A stretch of 64,000 bases of DNA. It comes from Octopus vulgaris. Its lineage: Eukaryota. The notes beneath the pieces are model-generated. The model worked only from the letters and a program-made list of their open reading frames with translations, did no database searches and was not told where the DNA came from. The position numbers were made by a program, and so were the translations under genes. The stretch spans positions 175,584,001 through 175,648,000 of the forward strand of contig OX597815.1 in the NCBI GenBank assembly GCA_951406725.2, given 5' to 3'. Positions 63,833-64,000 of the stretch are shown here, in pieces (positions within the stretch are counted from its first letter, which is position 1; each line of letters opens with the position of its first letter).

Positions 63833-64000
63833 TCTTTTTCTAAGTCAACATCAATTTTCCAATATTTGTATCCTTTTTATATTTCTTTACTTCTTCCATT
63901 TGTTTCTCTGAAAGTGGCACACAAGTGTGCCACTCTACTATATTTGTTTGTCCATCAACGTTCACAAATTTTGCCGTTTTTCCATTCTGTTACCTCACAA

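Overview
AT-rich, microsatellite-laden eukaryotic DNA whose repeat content suggests a coleoid cephalopod (Octopus-like; inferred, not database-checked). The window holds the 3' part of one large + strand cadherin-superfamily gene (CDH23/Cad74A/Cad88C-like by recollection). I assembled 17 GT-AG exons from 2106 to 46904 in one phase-consistent frame, plus two alternative terminal coding exons (48311 and 50988), giving about 895 aa. The product is one partial and six full EC repeats, a membrane-adjacent domain, a TM helix and a 16-17 aa tail; the 5' exons lie left of the window. Introns and the downstream region are packed with mobile elements: a near-intact RTE LINE with a PHD finger, BovB-like, CR1-like, Tx1-like and R4/Dong-like fragments, Penelope-like relics with hammerhead motifs, mariner/Tc1/piggyBac-like elements, Helitrons and at least three tRNA-derived SINE families. 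The most unusual signals are a GC-rich 112-nt intronic element carrying the three hammerhead core segments in a non-circularly permuted order (12001-12112), a stop-containing cassette exon that swaps the cadherin tail, a competing donor that would give a TM-less ectodomain, and a furin-like site in an inserted EC loop. Most ORFs in the supplied track are microsatellite or antisense artefacts.
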